Shown piece by piece: positions 39,916 through 50,050 of a DNA stretch of 64,000 nt. The notes under the pieces are model-generated. The model had not been told where the DNA came from. It made no database searches and worked only from the letters and a program-made list of their open reading frames with translations. The translations under genes and the position numbers were made by a program. The DNA is taken from the sequence record OP870146.1, one strand, 5' to 3'. The first letter of the stretch is position 1. The number at the start of each line of letters is the position of its first letter. This DNA is from Escherichia phage vB_Eco_F27.

Positions 39916-40931
39916 CATTATGTTCAGATAAGGTCGTTAATCTTATCCCGGAATTATATCCAGCTGCATGTCACCATGCAGAGCAGACTATATCTCCAAC
40001 TTGTTAAAGCAAGTTGTCTATCGTTTCGAGTCACTTGACCCTACTCCCTAAAGGGATAGTCGTTAGGCATTTATGTAGAACCAATTCCACTTATCAGATT
40101 TTACACGGTAAGTAACTAATCCTGATGAAATTTCAAAATGTCTAGCCGCATCGGCTGCACATTCAAAAATAATCCCATCGCATGAAATCTTTTTGATGTT
40201 AGCTGGCTTTTTGCCTTTCATCTTTTCAGATAGTTTAGTTTTAGTTTTTTCTGAATGTTTGTGATTAAAGAACGGGTTATTTTCACCTGAACGTTTTCGG
40301 CACTTTCCACAAGTATCGGCCGAAGATGGTATGCGAACACCGCATTTACAAAACTTGTGGTTTTCTGGATTCCATCGGCCATTTTTACTTCCGTGTTTAC
40401 CATAAAGAGCTTTCCGACCATCAGGACCAAGCTTAAGCATCTTAGCTTTAACAGTTTCAGCTCGTTTCTTAGCAATTTCTTCTTTTAATGGATGATTTGA
40501 AAGCACATCGCCAAAAGACGCATCAGCAATATTATATCCATTAATTTTAGAATTTAGCTCTTTAATCCAAAAATTTTCTCGTTCAATAATCAAATCTTTC
40601 TCATATGGAATTTCTTCCAGTACAGAGCATTCAAAAACATTACCATGTTTATTAAAAGACCTTTGAAATTTTATAGAAGAGTGAACACCGTTTTCAAGGT
40701 CTTTAAAATGCCTCTTCCATCTTTTCTCAAAATCTTTAGCACTTCCAACATACACTTTACCGTTTAAAGTGTTTTTAATCTGATAAATTCCGCTTTTCAT
40801 AAACACCTCTTTTTATATAGAAGTATTTATTAAAGGGTAGTCCTACAATTTAGCACGGGATTGTCTACTAGAGAGGTCCCCCGTTTAGATAGATTACAAG
40901 TATAAGTCACCTTATACCTAGGCCTAAATTA
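39916..40931 (-). mobile_element. group I self-splicing intron in td (1016 nt) carrying the I-TevI homing endonuclease ORF
   Basis: 5' end UAAUUUAGGCC...GUAUAAGGUGACUUAUACUUGUAAUCUAUCUAAACGGGG and 3' end ...CUUAUCUGAACAUAAUG match the T4 td intron; exon 1 ends ...FLG, exon 2 starts LPFN. Confidence 0.9.
40063..40800 (-). CDS. I-TevI GIY-YIG homing endonuclease (intron-encoded)
   Basis: ORF track 247-aa frame (GTG-initiated); ATG start at MKSGIYQIKNTLNGKVYVGSAKDFEKRWKRH..., 245 aa; recognised as I-TevI. Confidence 0.9.
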   Translation of the reverse strand: MKSGIYQIKNTLNGKVYVGSAKDFEKRWKRHFKDLENGVHSSIKFQRSFNKHGNVFECSVLEEIPYEKDLIIERENFWIKELNSKINGYNIADASFGDVLSNHPLKEEIAKKRAETVKAKMLKLGPDGRKALYGKHGSKNGRWNPENHKFCKCGVRIPSSADTCGKCRKRSGENNPFFNHKHSEKTKTKLSEKMKGKKPANIKKISCDGIIFECAADAARHFEISSGLVTYRVKSDKWNWFYINA

Positions 40932-41480
40932 ACCTAAGAAAACATCGACACTGCGTTGGTACCATTGTAAATCAAGATGTCCATTACGCACATTGAACTG
41001 ATAGAACATATGGCAAGGAGGAAGAGCCATTTGGTCAATTTCGGCCGGGTTCCATGCAGAAACTATTTGACGTCGATCATTAGGAAGAGCTTTAATACGG
41101 TCGATAGTTTTGACCAATTGGTCCACACCACCGAAATCACGCCATTGCTTACCATAAATAGGACCAAGTTCGCCGCTATGATATCCAAGGTCTTTTGCCT
41201 GATTTTCATAGTTGTCGTCCCAAATAGTTTTACCTTGAATAAGACTACCATGAGTACGAATACGCAAATCATTAACATTGGTAGAACCAGACATGAACCA
41301 CAGTAACTCGGCAATACAAGCTTTCCATGCTAATTTCTTAGTTGTTACTGCAGGAAATCCTTTAGTAAGGTCCCATCGCAATTTAGTTCCGAATAGAGCA
41401 ATTGTTCCGGTACCTGTACGGTCGTCTGTTTCATAGCCATTTTCTAAGATATCTTTAATCAAATCTTGATATTGTTTCAT
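40932..41480 (-). CDS. td: thymidylate synthase, exon 1
   Basis: ORF track 183 aa (MKQYQDLIKDILENGYETDDRTGTGT...); continues into exon 2 after splicing to give about 286 aa. Confidence 0.9.
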
Positions 41481-42064
41481 TTATATACGCTCTCAGTAAT
41501 TTCGGTGAGTTCATCGATTCTGTAGTAATGAGATTCTACCATAGAACGTTGAAGCATAATATCCTGGACGAAATCTTTATCAAGTTGAACATCTGAATTA
41601 ACACGACATTTCTTAATGATTTTAGTCATCACAATTTCATCAGCATAAGGCAATGCTTGTTTCAATAAAGCAGGGCCACCAATAACAGATACATCAACAT
41701 GTTCAGTAGAAAGTTTAAACGGTACGTCAGTTGCAGGGCTAAACAGGTTAATTTCAGCACCAGTCACCAGGGTAATAAATTCAGATTGGGTGATATAGAA
41801 ACGCGCAAGTTCGTTGGTTTTGGTCCTAGGCAGTTCTCTGGTCATATCAGTGACAACCACATGAGTACGATCTGGTAGTAGACGAGGTAATGATGCAAAA
41901 GTCTTAGCACCCATAACCATTACAGTGTTTTTAGTGCGAGCAACAAAGTTACTCATATCTTGTTTGATATGCTTCCATGGAAGTCCATCACCTAATCCAA
42001 AAGCATATTCCAGTTTATCATCAACTGTTTTAGTCGGAGCACATGCGAATACTAATTTAAGCAT
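41477..42064 (-). CDS. frd: dihydrofolate reductase
   Basis: ORF track 195 aa; DHFR-like; ATGA coupling with td. Confidence 0.88.
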   Translation of the reverse strand: MLKLVFACAPTKTVDDKLEYAFGLGDGLPWKHIKQDMSNFVARTKNTVMVMGAKTFASLPRLLPDRTHVVVTDMTRELPRTKTNELARFYITQSEFITLVTGAEINLFSPATDVPFKLSTEHVDVSVIGGPALLKQALPYADEIVMTKIIKKCRVNSDVQLDKDFVQDIMLQRSMVESHYYRIDELTEITESVYK

Positions 42065-42066
42065 TT

Positions 42067-42378
42067 TTATTTCCTCAGATTTTTCTTAACAACTTTCCAA
42101 TCAGCTTTAAACGATTCAACATCAGAGTGGTGAATCCAGAATCCTGCACTTTCACCATCTTCGTAGAGTGGACATCCATCACATTCTTCGTTCCAACCCA
42201 TTTCACGTAAAGCTTCTTCAGCTTGTTCAAGGAGTTCAGCGTCTTTACCAACGATGTTGAAGTACCATTTACCTCTAACTTCAGAATCTTTGATGCTCTG
42301 GCGTTGCAATCTCATTTTATTCTCCTTCACTTTTGATTTGATAGGGCTACTATAACATAACCCTATCTGATTGTACAC
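42067..42378 (-). CDS. hypothetical protein (frd.1 position)
   Basis: ORF track 103 aa; start may be internal. Confidence 0.45.
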   Translation of the reverse strand: MYNQIGLCYSSPIKSKVKENKMRLQRQSIKDSEVRGKWYFNIVGKDAELLEQAEEALREMGWNEECDGCPLYEDGESAGFWIHHSDVESFKADWKVVKKNLRK

Positions 42379-42770
42379 TACTTTTTAAAAGTGTTTTGTA
42401 AAAGTTTGATGATTTCGTCGACGTTGGTTTCATCTACGATACAATGGATTTTTGTTACACCTAAAGCTATACCTTCGTTAGTAGGTTGAGGCTTTACTAA
42501 ATCTACCTCAGTAAAGTATTTGAACTCGTCAGGATAAATCTCAAAATAAGTTTCAATTTCACCACCGGCAGAACATACAGTACCATCTTCCATAGTTACA
42601 CTTACTACGTTTGACGTATCGCTATCATAATCAGGTTCCATTCCGTTTACAACAAAACTAGGCCCGTGGAGTTCAATCAATTTTAACATCTTAGCGTTAT
42701 TATGTGGTGCTTCTTGAACAAAGTCATCTTTAAATAAAGGGTTAATGATATAAGATTTTCCGATTTCCAT
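42378..42770 (-). CDS. hypothetical protein (frd.2 position)
   Basis: ORF track 130 aa; early-type promoter 42800-42828. Confidence 0.5.
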   Translation of the reverse strand: MEIGKSYIINPLFKDDFVQEAPHNNAKMLKLIELHGPSFVVNGMEPDYDSDTSNVVSVTMEDGTVCSAGGEIETYFEIYPDEFKYFTEVDLVKPQPTNEGIALGVTKIHCIVDETNVDEIIKLLQNTFKK

Positions 42771-42799
42771 TTTGATTTCCTCATGTTGTTGATAGGTCT

Positions 42800-42828
42800 A
42801 TAGTAACACATCTAGGGAAGAAGTAAAC
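42800..42828 (-). promoter_or_regulatory. T4 early-type promoter
   Basis: GTTTACttcttccctagatgtgtTACTAT on minus strand. Confidence 0.5.
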
Positions 42829-42859
42829 AACTTTTTCAGTAAGTTATAGATACTCAAAA

Positions 42860-42877
42860 GGGAGACCGAAGTCTCCC
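42860..42877 (-). terminator. GGGAGAC-UUCG-GUCUCCC hairpin terminator after gene 32
   Basis: Same 18-nt hairpin; followed by UUUUGAGUAUC. Confidence 0.6.
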
Positions 42878-42883
42878 AATTTA

Positions 42884-43786
42884 TTATAGACCAGCTAACA
42901 GGTCATCGAGGTCGCCATCATCAGAGGATGAGGTAGAGCTCATGAAGTCATCTTCAGTTTTTGCAGAACTAAAGGCTTCCATGTCTTTATCAAAATCGTC
43001 AAGGTCAGAAGCAACTTTATCTGCAACAGAAGCTGCGGCAGCAGCTGCACCACCCAGAGCGGCAGTACCAAGAACCTTAGCGAAAGATTCATTTAATTTT
43101 TCAAAAGATTTGAACTGATCTTTAGCCGTCAAAGTAGTAAGGTCTACCATCTGGTCATATAGTTCTTTCTGGAATGCTTCGTCATTAATACGAGGAATTT
43201 CAGATTGACCCAAGAATTTAGATTCGTCATAGTTGCTAAAACCTGAAACCTGCTTAGCTTTCAGAACGAAGTTGGCACCTTCAAACGGACAAGTAACATC
43301 AACTGGAGTTTCACCCATTTCGGTATCAACAGCAATCATTGCATTGATTTTGTCCCAAATCTTTTTACCGAAACGATATTTAAATACTTTACCTTCGTTA
43401 TCTGGAGCTTGAGGGTCTTTAACAACCAGAATATTAGCCCAATAAGAAGTTTTACGTTTCAGTTGAGAATATTCATTTTTGTTGGTATTGTACAGGTCAT
43501 TTTTACTAATGTACTGACATACAGGACAAGAGTCATAATCACCATGTGTAGAAGAGCAATTTTCAATATACCATTTACCATTTTTCTTGAAACCGTGGTT
43601 AACAAGAATTGCAAATGGTAGTGCATCATCAGTTTTTGCTGGCAAGAAACGAATTACCGCTTGACCATTACCTGATGCATCTAGCTTCAGCTTCCATTCG
43701 CCTTTATCTTCTGAAGAGAAACCTTTGTTACCGTTCAGTTTAGCCATTTGAGCAGCGAGGTCAGCAGTAGATTTACGTTTAAACAT
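42884..43786 (-). CDS. 32: single-stranded DNA-binding protein gp32
   Basis: ORF track 300 aa; translation ([36 protein letters not shown]...) recognised as T4 gp32. Confidence 0.95.
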   Translation of the reverse strand: MFKRKSTADLAAQMAKLNGNKGFSSEDKGEWKLKLDASGNGQAVIRFLPAKTDDALPFAILVNHGFKKNGKWYIENCSSTHGDYDSCPVCQYISKNDLYNTNKNEYSQLKRKTSYWANILVVKDPQAPDNEGKVFKYRFGKKIWDKINAMIAVDTEMGETPVDVTCPFEGANFVLKAKQVSGFSNYDESKFLGQSEIPRINDEAFQKELYDQMVDLTTLTAKDQFKSFEKLNESFAKVLGTAALGGAAAAAASVADKVASDLDDFDKDMEAFSSAKTEDDFMSSTSSSDDGDLDDLLAGL

Positions 43787-43860
43787 TATATTTACCTTTA
43801 TTTAGATTATTTAATTTATTTACAGTTGGTTGCTACGACACTTATACCTCGTAGCTGGTA
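43787..43860 (-). promoter_or_regulatory. gene 32 5' leader: hairpin/pseudoknot-like element followed by long AU-rich unstructured tract (candidate autoregulatory translational operator)
   Basis: Minus strand GCUACGA-10 nt-UCGUAGC stem followed by AACUGUAAAUAAAUUAAAUAAUCUAAAUAAAGGUAAAUAUA-AUG; T4 gp32 autoregulation is known to use this type of site. Confidence 0.45.
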
Positions 43861-43864
43861 TGAT

Positions 43865-43872
43865 TTATTTAT
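43865..43872 (-). promoter_or_regulatory. late promoter TATAAATA (gene 32)
   Basis: Minus-strand TATAAATA in the gene 32 leader. Confidence 0.5.
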
Positions 43873-43902
43873 AAAGTAATTTTAACACACAAGAAATAAA
43901 GC

Positions 43903-44556
43903 TTAATACTTACATGATTTGATTGTTTCTATGAACAATTTCTTAGCAGCATTTCCATCGATTTGAAGTATTTTTCGATATGCCTTTAATTTGGTAGAAT
44001 AATTTTGCCAGACTAAGTTATCGGTGAGTTCGTCGTGCTTATCTATAATATTCAAAAACGAGTCCAACAATAAGAAAGTTTCAAATGAAATTATATTGCT
44101 TTGTAGCAATTTAAATATGTAGCTCGACTGAACGTTGTTATTATAATCAAATATCTCTTGAAGCGCACTAACTTCAACTTTCTTACTGAAATAGTAGATG
44201 TTACGTACGTCTTCAGCAAACGACTCTTTAGCTTGTTTGAGACGTCCAATATATTCCCTATAGAAAACTAATGCATCAGCGTCCGATATCTCACCAATCC
44301 ATGCGTCTTGGTTAGCAACTAAGTTGCTTATGAATATCAAGGTGAGTTCCTTCAATTTATATTTCTCTGCTAGTTTTTCAAAGAAATATTTATCTCGGCG
44401 TTTTTGATACGCATTATCCGAAACACGCATGCACCAGTTATATTTGATTACGTCATACCGACCACCAAAATGGTTTTTGCACATCAAATATAGTTTATAT
44501 ACCGATTTTCCGTTAATATAACGTTCTCCATCAGGAGGCATGCGTATTTTAATCAT
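43903..44556 (-). CDS. 59: helicase loader gp59
   Basis: ORF track 217 aa; translation recognised as T4 gp59. Confidence 0.9.
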   Translation of the reverse strand: MIKIRMPPDGERYINGKSVYKLYLMCKNHFGGRYDVIKYNWCMRVSDNAYQKRRDKYFFEKLAEKYKLKELTLIFISNLVANQDAWIGEISDADALVFYREYIGRLKQAKESFAEDVRNIYYFSKKVEVSALQEIFDYNNNVQSSYIFKLLQSNIISFETFLLLDSFLNIIDKHDELTDNLVWQNYSTKLKAYRKILQIDGNAAKKLFIETIKSCKY

Positions 44557-44891
44557 AATAAGAAATCTAACGTATTAGTTTTTTCACCACGAGCAACTGA
44601 TGGGCGAAGCATGTTTTCGTCAATTGCTTCGCTTGTAATTTTTTCAACAATTCCTGTAGGAATAAATTTAGCAAATTGTGTTTCCGGAATAGAATTTTCT
44701 TCCAAGAAAGCAGTTGTTGCTTCTAAATAAGACATACCAAATTGTTCAACCATGGATTCGATAATGAATCCGTTTTCTTGTCGGTCAAGCAATTTAGCGA
44801 TATCATCTTTATCGTGTTTTACTGCTAATTCTTGTTCAGATAAACCGGCCTCATCAACCGGTTTAATATCACTTAGTGAAAACTGTGTCAT
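44553..44891 (-). CDS. 33: late transcription co-activator gp33
   Basis: ORF track 112 aa; translation (MTQFSLSDIKPVDEAGLSEQELAVKHDKDDIAKLLDRQENGFIIE...) recognised as T4 gp33. Confidence 0.9.
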   Translation of the reverse strand: MTQFSLSDIKPVDEAGLSEQELAVKHDKDDIAKLLDRQENGFIIESMVEQFGMSYLEATTAFLEENSIPETQFAKFIPTGIVEKITSEAIDENMLRPSVARGEKTNTLDFLL

Positions 44892-45156
44892 AAAGCTCGA
44901 CTACCTCTTCGTTTTCAGCTTCAAATTGGTCACGAGCGTCTTTATGATAAAGAGCTAACAAACGATTAAACATTTTTCCATCGACACCAAGCTCTTCTTT
45001 AGCACGAGTACGAATGTCTTTAATCAGTTCATTATAACCAGAAATTTTAAGTTTGTTATCGGAAGCTTCCTTGACTAGTTTAGCCAGTTCTTCACCATGC
45101 ACATCTTGATTAAATTCAACTGCTTCTTTCTTAGCCATGTTTACCTCAGAATTCAT
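44869..45156 (-). CDS. dsbA: DsbA dsDNA-binding late transcription enhancer
   Basis: ORF track 95 aa; position between rnh and 33. Confidence 0.75.
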   Translation of the reverse strand: MNSEVNMAKKEAVEFNQDVHGEELAKLVKEASDNKLKISGYNELIKDIRTRAKEELGVDGKMFNRLLALYHKDARDQFEAENEEVVELYDTVFTK

Positions 45157-46063
45157 TAATTACACTTGTTAATTTAGAAAGACCAGATTTTACAAAATAT
45201 GAATAAATCTTGCCTTTAGGTTGTTGTTTATATGAGTTATAATACTCTATAATGGTTGAAGCAATATTATCAGGGATATAATCAAAATCAATGAGAACCA
45301 AATTTTCTTGATACCGTTTATATTCTTCTGCACTTAATAATACTTCAGCTTGAGAACGGTCGTTAGCAATTGCTTCAATAATTGATGTTTTCATGCTTGG
45401 AGTTCGTTCACCATCAACTCTGGTAAACCAGAAGTCGCCACGAACTCGAACAGATGCAACACCATCCTTACGGTCACCTTTAAGAATTTTAGTCATGCAA
45501 TCAATTTCAGCAGAACCGTTCTTAATTTTAACCCATTTTTTCTGTGGTGGCGACCACTGTTTAACGTTAGGATATTTGTGTAATTGTGTAAAGTCACCAT
45601 CTGATGCAACAATACATACCTTATGACCAGCTAATGACAAATATTTAGTTAATACACCGATATGGTCATCCGCTTCATACTTGTCAATATCCATTACAAC
45701 GTATGGCATGTATTTCTTAATCTCATCAACAACTTGATGGAGTGCAGTAAAATATCCTTCCCAATCCCACTTTGAAGCTTCACGATCAGTTTTACGATTT
45801 TTCTTGTAATAGTAAGCAAAGTCACGACGCCAATAACCTGAAGTAGCATTATCCATACACAATACAAATTTTGTATAACCTTGCTTACGGAACATCACTA
45901 CGTTTTTACGAATTGAATTCAAGATTACATGGCGAACCATCGGAACAGTAATTTTATCGCCGTCTTCAAAGTTGTTTAATGCGGCTGCCAATGCAATGTT
46001 ACTAAAGTCGGCAAGTGCAATACCTTCTTTGTAATCTTCATCCAACATCATTTCTAAATCCAT
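45146..46063 (-). CDS. rnh: RNase H (5'-3' exonuclease, FEN family)
   Basis: ORF track 305 aa; synteny; early-type promoter 46096-46125. Confidence 0.9.
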   Translation of the reverse strand: MDLEMMLDEDYKEGIALADFSNIALAAALNNFEDGDKITVPMVRHVILNSIRKNVVMFRKQGYTKFVLCMDNATSGYWRRDFAYYYKKNRKTDREASKWDWEGYFTALHQVVDEIKKYMPYVVMDIDKYEADDHIGVLTKYLSLAGHKVCIVASDGDFTQLHKYPNVKQWSPPQKKWVKIKNGSAEIDCMTKILKGDRKDGVASVRVRGDFWFTRVDGERTPSMKTSIIEAIANDRSQAEVLLSAEEYKRYQENLVLIDFDYIPDNIASTIIEYYNSYKQQPKGKIYSYFVKSGLSKLTSVINEF

Positions 46064-46095
46064 ATGAACCTCTTGTTCAGTTAGTCAACTTGTCT

Positions 46096-46125
46096 ATAGT
46101 AACACACTCATTTGAAAGCGTAAAC
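46096..46125 (-). promoter_or_regulatory. T4 early-type promoter (rnh), back-to-back with the gene 34 late promoter
   Basis: GTTTACgctttcaaatgagtgtgtTACTAT on minus strand. Confidence 0.5.
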
Positions 46126-46128
46126 TGG

Positions 46129-46136
46129 TATAAATA
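46129..46136 (+). promoter_or_regulatory. late promoter TATAAATA (gene 34)
   Basis: Exact TATAAATA 30 nt upstream of ATG. Confidence 0.6.
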
Positions 46137-46166
46137 AGTATTATTGAAACAATAAAGGAAAAACGA

Positions 46167-49100
46167 ATGGCCGACATCAAACGTAAGTTCAGAGCCGAAG
46201 ACGGTCTGGACGCCGGTGGCGACAAGATTGTTAACGTAGCATTAGCCGACCGTACAGTAGGTACTGATGGCGTAAACGTTGACTTCCTGGTACAAGAAAA
46301 CACCGTTCAAGTATATGATTCTACGCGTGGATATAACAGAGGATTTGTTGTTCTTTATGACAATCGTTTATATCAAGCAATAAATGATATCGTGTCTCCT
46401 TCCGGGGCATTTAACCTTTTACAATGGCGTGCAGTTCGTACCGATGCACAATGGATAACTGTCGCTTCTGGGACTTATCAACTTTCTTCAGGTGAATCGA
46501 TTTCGGTTAACACTGGTGCCGGCAATGATATGGTTTTCACATTGCCAAATACACCGGTTGATGGTGATACTGTTGTTTTGGCTGATATTGGCGGAAGAAC
46601 CGGGACAGTTAAAGTACAGATTAACGCGTCTGTGCAGAGTATTTTAAACTTTAGAGGTGAACAAGTTCGTACAGTTTTAATGACGCGCCCACGTTCACAA
46701 CTATTGTTTGTGTTTAGTAATCGTTTGTGGCAGATGTATATTACCGATTATGGTAAAGAATCAATCACTGTTACACCTGCGACACCATATCAAGCACAAG
46801 CAAATGATTTTATCGTTCGTCGTTTTACTAGTGCAGCACCAATCAACATTACACTTCCACGTAATGCTAACAATGGTGATATAATCAGCCTAGTCGATTT
46901 AGATAGATTAAACCCACTGTATCATACAATTGTTAAAACATTTGATGATACAACGTCTATTGGTGAAGTCGGGACTCATATTGCCGAAGGCAGAAATGAC
47001 TCTGACGCGTTTTTTGTTTTTGATGCTGCAAATAGTTTATGGCGTATATGGGAAGGCGACCAGAAATCGCGTCTTCGTATTATCCGTGCGGATTCAAATA
47101 TTCGTCCAAATGAAGAAGTTCTTATTTTTGGCACAAATAACGCTACAGCCGGAACTATTAATCTTACGCTGCCTACCGGAATTTTGAGTGGTGACACTGT
47201 TAAAATTTCAATGAACTACATGCGTAAAGGCCAAACAGTAAAAATTAAAGCTGCCGAAGGTGATATAATTGCTTCTTCTGTTGCATTGCTTCAGTTCCCT
47301 AAACGTTCTGAATATCCACCTGATGCTCAATGGGTCTCTGTTACTGAACTAGAATTCAATGGCACTACTTCATATGTTCCTGTATTAGAATTAGCGTATA
47401 TCGAAGACACCGTTGCTGGTACAAGTTATTGGGTTGTTCAACAAAACGTCCCAACTGTAGAACGTGTCGATGCTGGAACTGATACAACTAGAGCTCGTGT
47501 AGGTGTTATTGCTCTTGCAACTCAGGCACAGGCAAATGTTGATTTTGAAAATTCTCCGGCTAAAGAAGTTGCTATTACTCCTGAAACGTTGGCAAATCGT
47601 ACAGCAACTGAAGCTCGACGTGGTATCGCTAAAATTGCTACAACAGCACAAGTTAACCAGAATTCCACAGCAGCATTTGTGGACGATACTATTGTTACGC
47701 CTAAAAAACTAAATGAGCGTACAGCAACTGAAACTCGTCGCGGACTTGCTGAAATTGCTACTCAGGTTGAAACCGATGCTGGTCTTGATGACACAACGAT
47801 TATTACACCTAAGAAATTGCAGGCACGTCAGGGTTCTGAAACACTGTCCGGTATAGTTAAATATGTATCAACTACTTCTGCTACTCCGGCTGCATCTCGT
47901 GGAACTGCAGGTACTAATGTTTATAATAAAGACACAACCACGTTAACTATTTCTCCTAAAGCCCTTGACCAATATAAAGCAACTTATGCTCAACAAGGTG
48001 CAGTAATTTTAGCTGTTGATAGTGAAGTAATTGCTGGTCAATCACAAGCAGGTTATTCTCACGCTGTAGTAACTCCTGAAACACTACATAAGAAAACTTC
48101 TACTGATGGACGTATTGGTTTAATTGAAATTGCTACGCAAGCAGAAACTAATGCTGGGACTGATTATACACGTGCAGTAACGCCTAAGACGTTAAATGAT
48201 AGGAAAGCTACGGAAGGATTATCCGGCATAGCCGAAATTGCTACGCAAGTTGAATTTGATACTGGAACTGATGATACTCGTATCTCGACTCCACTGAAAA
48301 TTAAAACTCATTTTGATTCTTCTGACCGTACCAGTGTTAATTCTGATTCCGGACTTATTGAAGAAGGAACCTTGTGGAACCATTATACTCTTGATATTTC
48401 TAAAGCAAATGAAACACAACGTGGTACACTTCGAGTAGCGACTCAGACAGAATCTAATGCAGGAACTTTAGATGATGTTCTTATTACTCCTAAAAAGCTT
48501 TTAGGGACTAAGTCCACTGAAACGTCTGAAGGCGTAATTAAGGTTGCTACTCAGGTTGAAACTGTAACAGGAACTTCTGCTAATACTGCTGTATCTCCTA
48601 AGAATTTAAAATGGATTGTCCAGTCTGAACCAACATGGGCTGCTACTACGGCGCTTCGTGGATTCGTTAAAACTTCATCTGGTTCTATTACATTCGTTGG
48701 TAATGATACAGTTGGTTCAACACAACCTTTAGAATCATATGAAAAAAATAGCTATGCTATATCTCCATATGAATTAAACCGTGTACTTGCTAACTATTTG
48801 CCATTAAAAGCAAAAGCTGCTGACGCAAATTTATTAGATGGCCTAGATTCATCTCAGTTCATTCGTAGGGACATTGCACAGACGGTTAATGGTTCACTAA
48901 CCTTAACCCAACAAACGAATCTGAGTGCCCCTCTTGTATCATCTAGTACTGCTACGTTTGGTGGTTCAGTTTCGGCAAATAGTACATTAACTATTTCTAA
49001 CTCTGGAACAGCTACTCGTCTGATTTTTGAAAAAGGACCTCAAACTGGAACTAACCCAGCACAGACGATGACTATCAGAGTTTGGGGAAATGAATTTGGT

Positions 49101-50042
49101 GGTGGTTCAGATAAAACACGTTCTACTGTATTTGAAGTTGGCGATGAAACATCTAATCACTTTTATTCTCAACGTAATAAAGCTGGGAATATAACGTTTA
49201 GTATCAATGGTACTGTGATGCCAATAAATGTTAACGCTTCAGGCACGTTAAATGCGAATGGCGTTGCAACATTTGGTCGTTCAGTTACAGCCAATGGTGA
49301 ATTCATTAGCAAGTCTGCAAATGCTTTCAGAGCAATTAGTGGTGATTACGGATTCTTTATTCGCAATGATGGAGGCAGCACATATTTTATGCTTACTGCA
49401 TCAGGTGATCAGACTGGTGGATTTAATGGATTACGTCCATTATCAATTAATAACCAATCCGGTCAAGTTACGATTGGTGAAAGCTTAATCATTGCCAAAG
49501 GTGCTACTATAAATTCAGATGGTTTGACTGTTAACTCGAGAATTCGTTCTCAGGGTACTAAAACATCTGACTTATATACTCGTGCGCCAACATCTGATAC
49601 TGTAGGATTCTGGTCAATTGATATTAATGATTCAGCCACTTATAACCAGTTCCCTGGTTATTTTAAAATGGTTGAAAAAACTAATGAAGTGTCTGGACTT
49701 CCATACTTAGAACGTGGCGAAGAAGTTAAATCTCCTGGTACATTGACTCAGTTTGGTAATACACTTGATTCACTTTACCAAGATTGGATTACTTATCCAA
49801 CAACTCCAGACGCACGTACCACTCGCTGGACACGTACATGGCAGAAAACTAAAAATTCTTGGTCAAGTTTTGTTCAAGTATTTGATGGTGGAAACCCTCC
49901 TCAACCTTCTGATATTGGTGCTTTACCTTCTGATAATGCAACAATCGGAAACTTGACAATAAGGGATTTCTTAAGGATTGGTAACGTCCGCATTATTCCA
50001 GACCCTGTGAATAAATCTGTTAAATTCGAGTGGATTGAATAA
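46167..50042 (+). CDS. 34: long tail fibre proximal subunit gp34
   Basis: ORF track 1291 aa; late promoter TATAAATA 46129-46136. Confidence 0.9.
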   Translation: MADIKRKFRAEDGLDAGGDKIVNVALADRTVGTDGVNVDFLVQENTVQVYDSTRGYNRGFVVLYDNRLYQAINDIVSPSGAFNLLQWRAVRTDAQWITVASGTYQLSSGESISVNTGAGNDMVFTLPNTPVDGDTVVLADIGGRTGTVKVQINASVQSILNFRGEQVRTVLMTRPRSQLLFVFSNRLWQMYITDYGKESITVTPATPYQAQANDFIVRRFTSAAPINITLPRNANNGDIISLVDLDRLNPLYHTIVKTFDDTTSIGEVGTHIAEGRNDSDAFFVFDAANSLWRIWEGDQKSRLRIIRADSNIRPNEEVLIFGTNNATAGTINLTLPTGILSGDTVKISMNYMRKGQTVKIKAAEGDIIASSVALLQFPKRSEYPPDAQWVSVTELEFNGTTSYVPVLELAYIEDTVAGTSYWVVQQNVPTVERVDAGTDTTRARVGVIALATQAQANVDFENSPAKEVAITPETLANRTATEARRGIAKIATTAQVNQNSTAAFVDDTIVTPKKLNERTATETRRGLAEIATQVETDAGLDDTTIITPKKLQARQGSETLSGIVKYVSTTSATPAASRGTAGTNVYNKDTTTLTISPKALDQYKATYAQQGAVILAVDSEVIAGQSQAGYSHAVVTPETLHKKTSTDGRIGLIEIATQAETNAGTDYTRAVTPKTLNDRKATEGLSGIAEIATQVEFDTGTDDTRISTPLKIKTHFDSSDRTSVNSDSGLIEEGTLWNHYTLDISKANETQRGTLRVATQTESNAGTLDDVLITPKKLLGTKSTETSEGVIKVATQVETVTGTSANTAVSPKNLKWIVQSEPTWAATTALRGFVKTSSGSITFVGNDTVGSTQPLESYEKNSYAISPYELNRVLANYLPLKAKAADANLLDGLDSSQFIRRDIAQTVNGSLTLTQQTNLSAPLVSSSTATFGGSVSANSTLTISNSGTATRLIFEKGPQTGTNPAQTMTIRVWGNEFGGGSDKTRSTVFEVGDETSNHFYSQRNKAGNITFSINGTVMPINVNASGTLNANGVATFGRSVTANGEFISKSANAFRAISGDYGFFIRNDGGSTYFMLTASGDQTGGFNGLRPLSINNQSGQVTIGESLIIAKGATINSDGLTVNSRIRSQGTKTSDLYTRAPTSDTVGFWSIDINDSATYNQFPGYFKMVEKTNEVSGLPYLERGEEVKSPGTLTQFGNTLDSLYQDWITYPTTPDARTTRWTRTWQKTKNSWSSFVQVFDGGNPPQPSDIGALPSDNATIGNLTIRDFLRIGNVRIIPDPVNKSVKFEWIE

Positions 50043-50050
50043 GAGGTATT

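Noticed and set aside
39604-41480. Possibility that td is a disrupted pseudogene (two separate ORFs)
   Set aside because: The split corresponds exactly to group I intron boundaries with an intact homing endonuclease; exons join in frame to a full-length thymidylate synthase
46930-47712. Several 60-90-aa ORFs on both strands inside gene 34 (and similar ones inside genes 37 and 29)
   Set aside because: Embedded in long, conserved tail-fibre and baseplate genes; no independent signals
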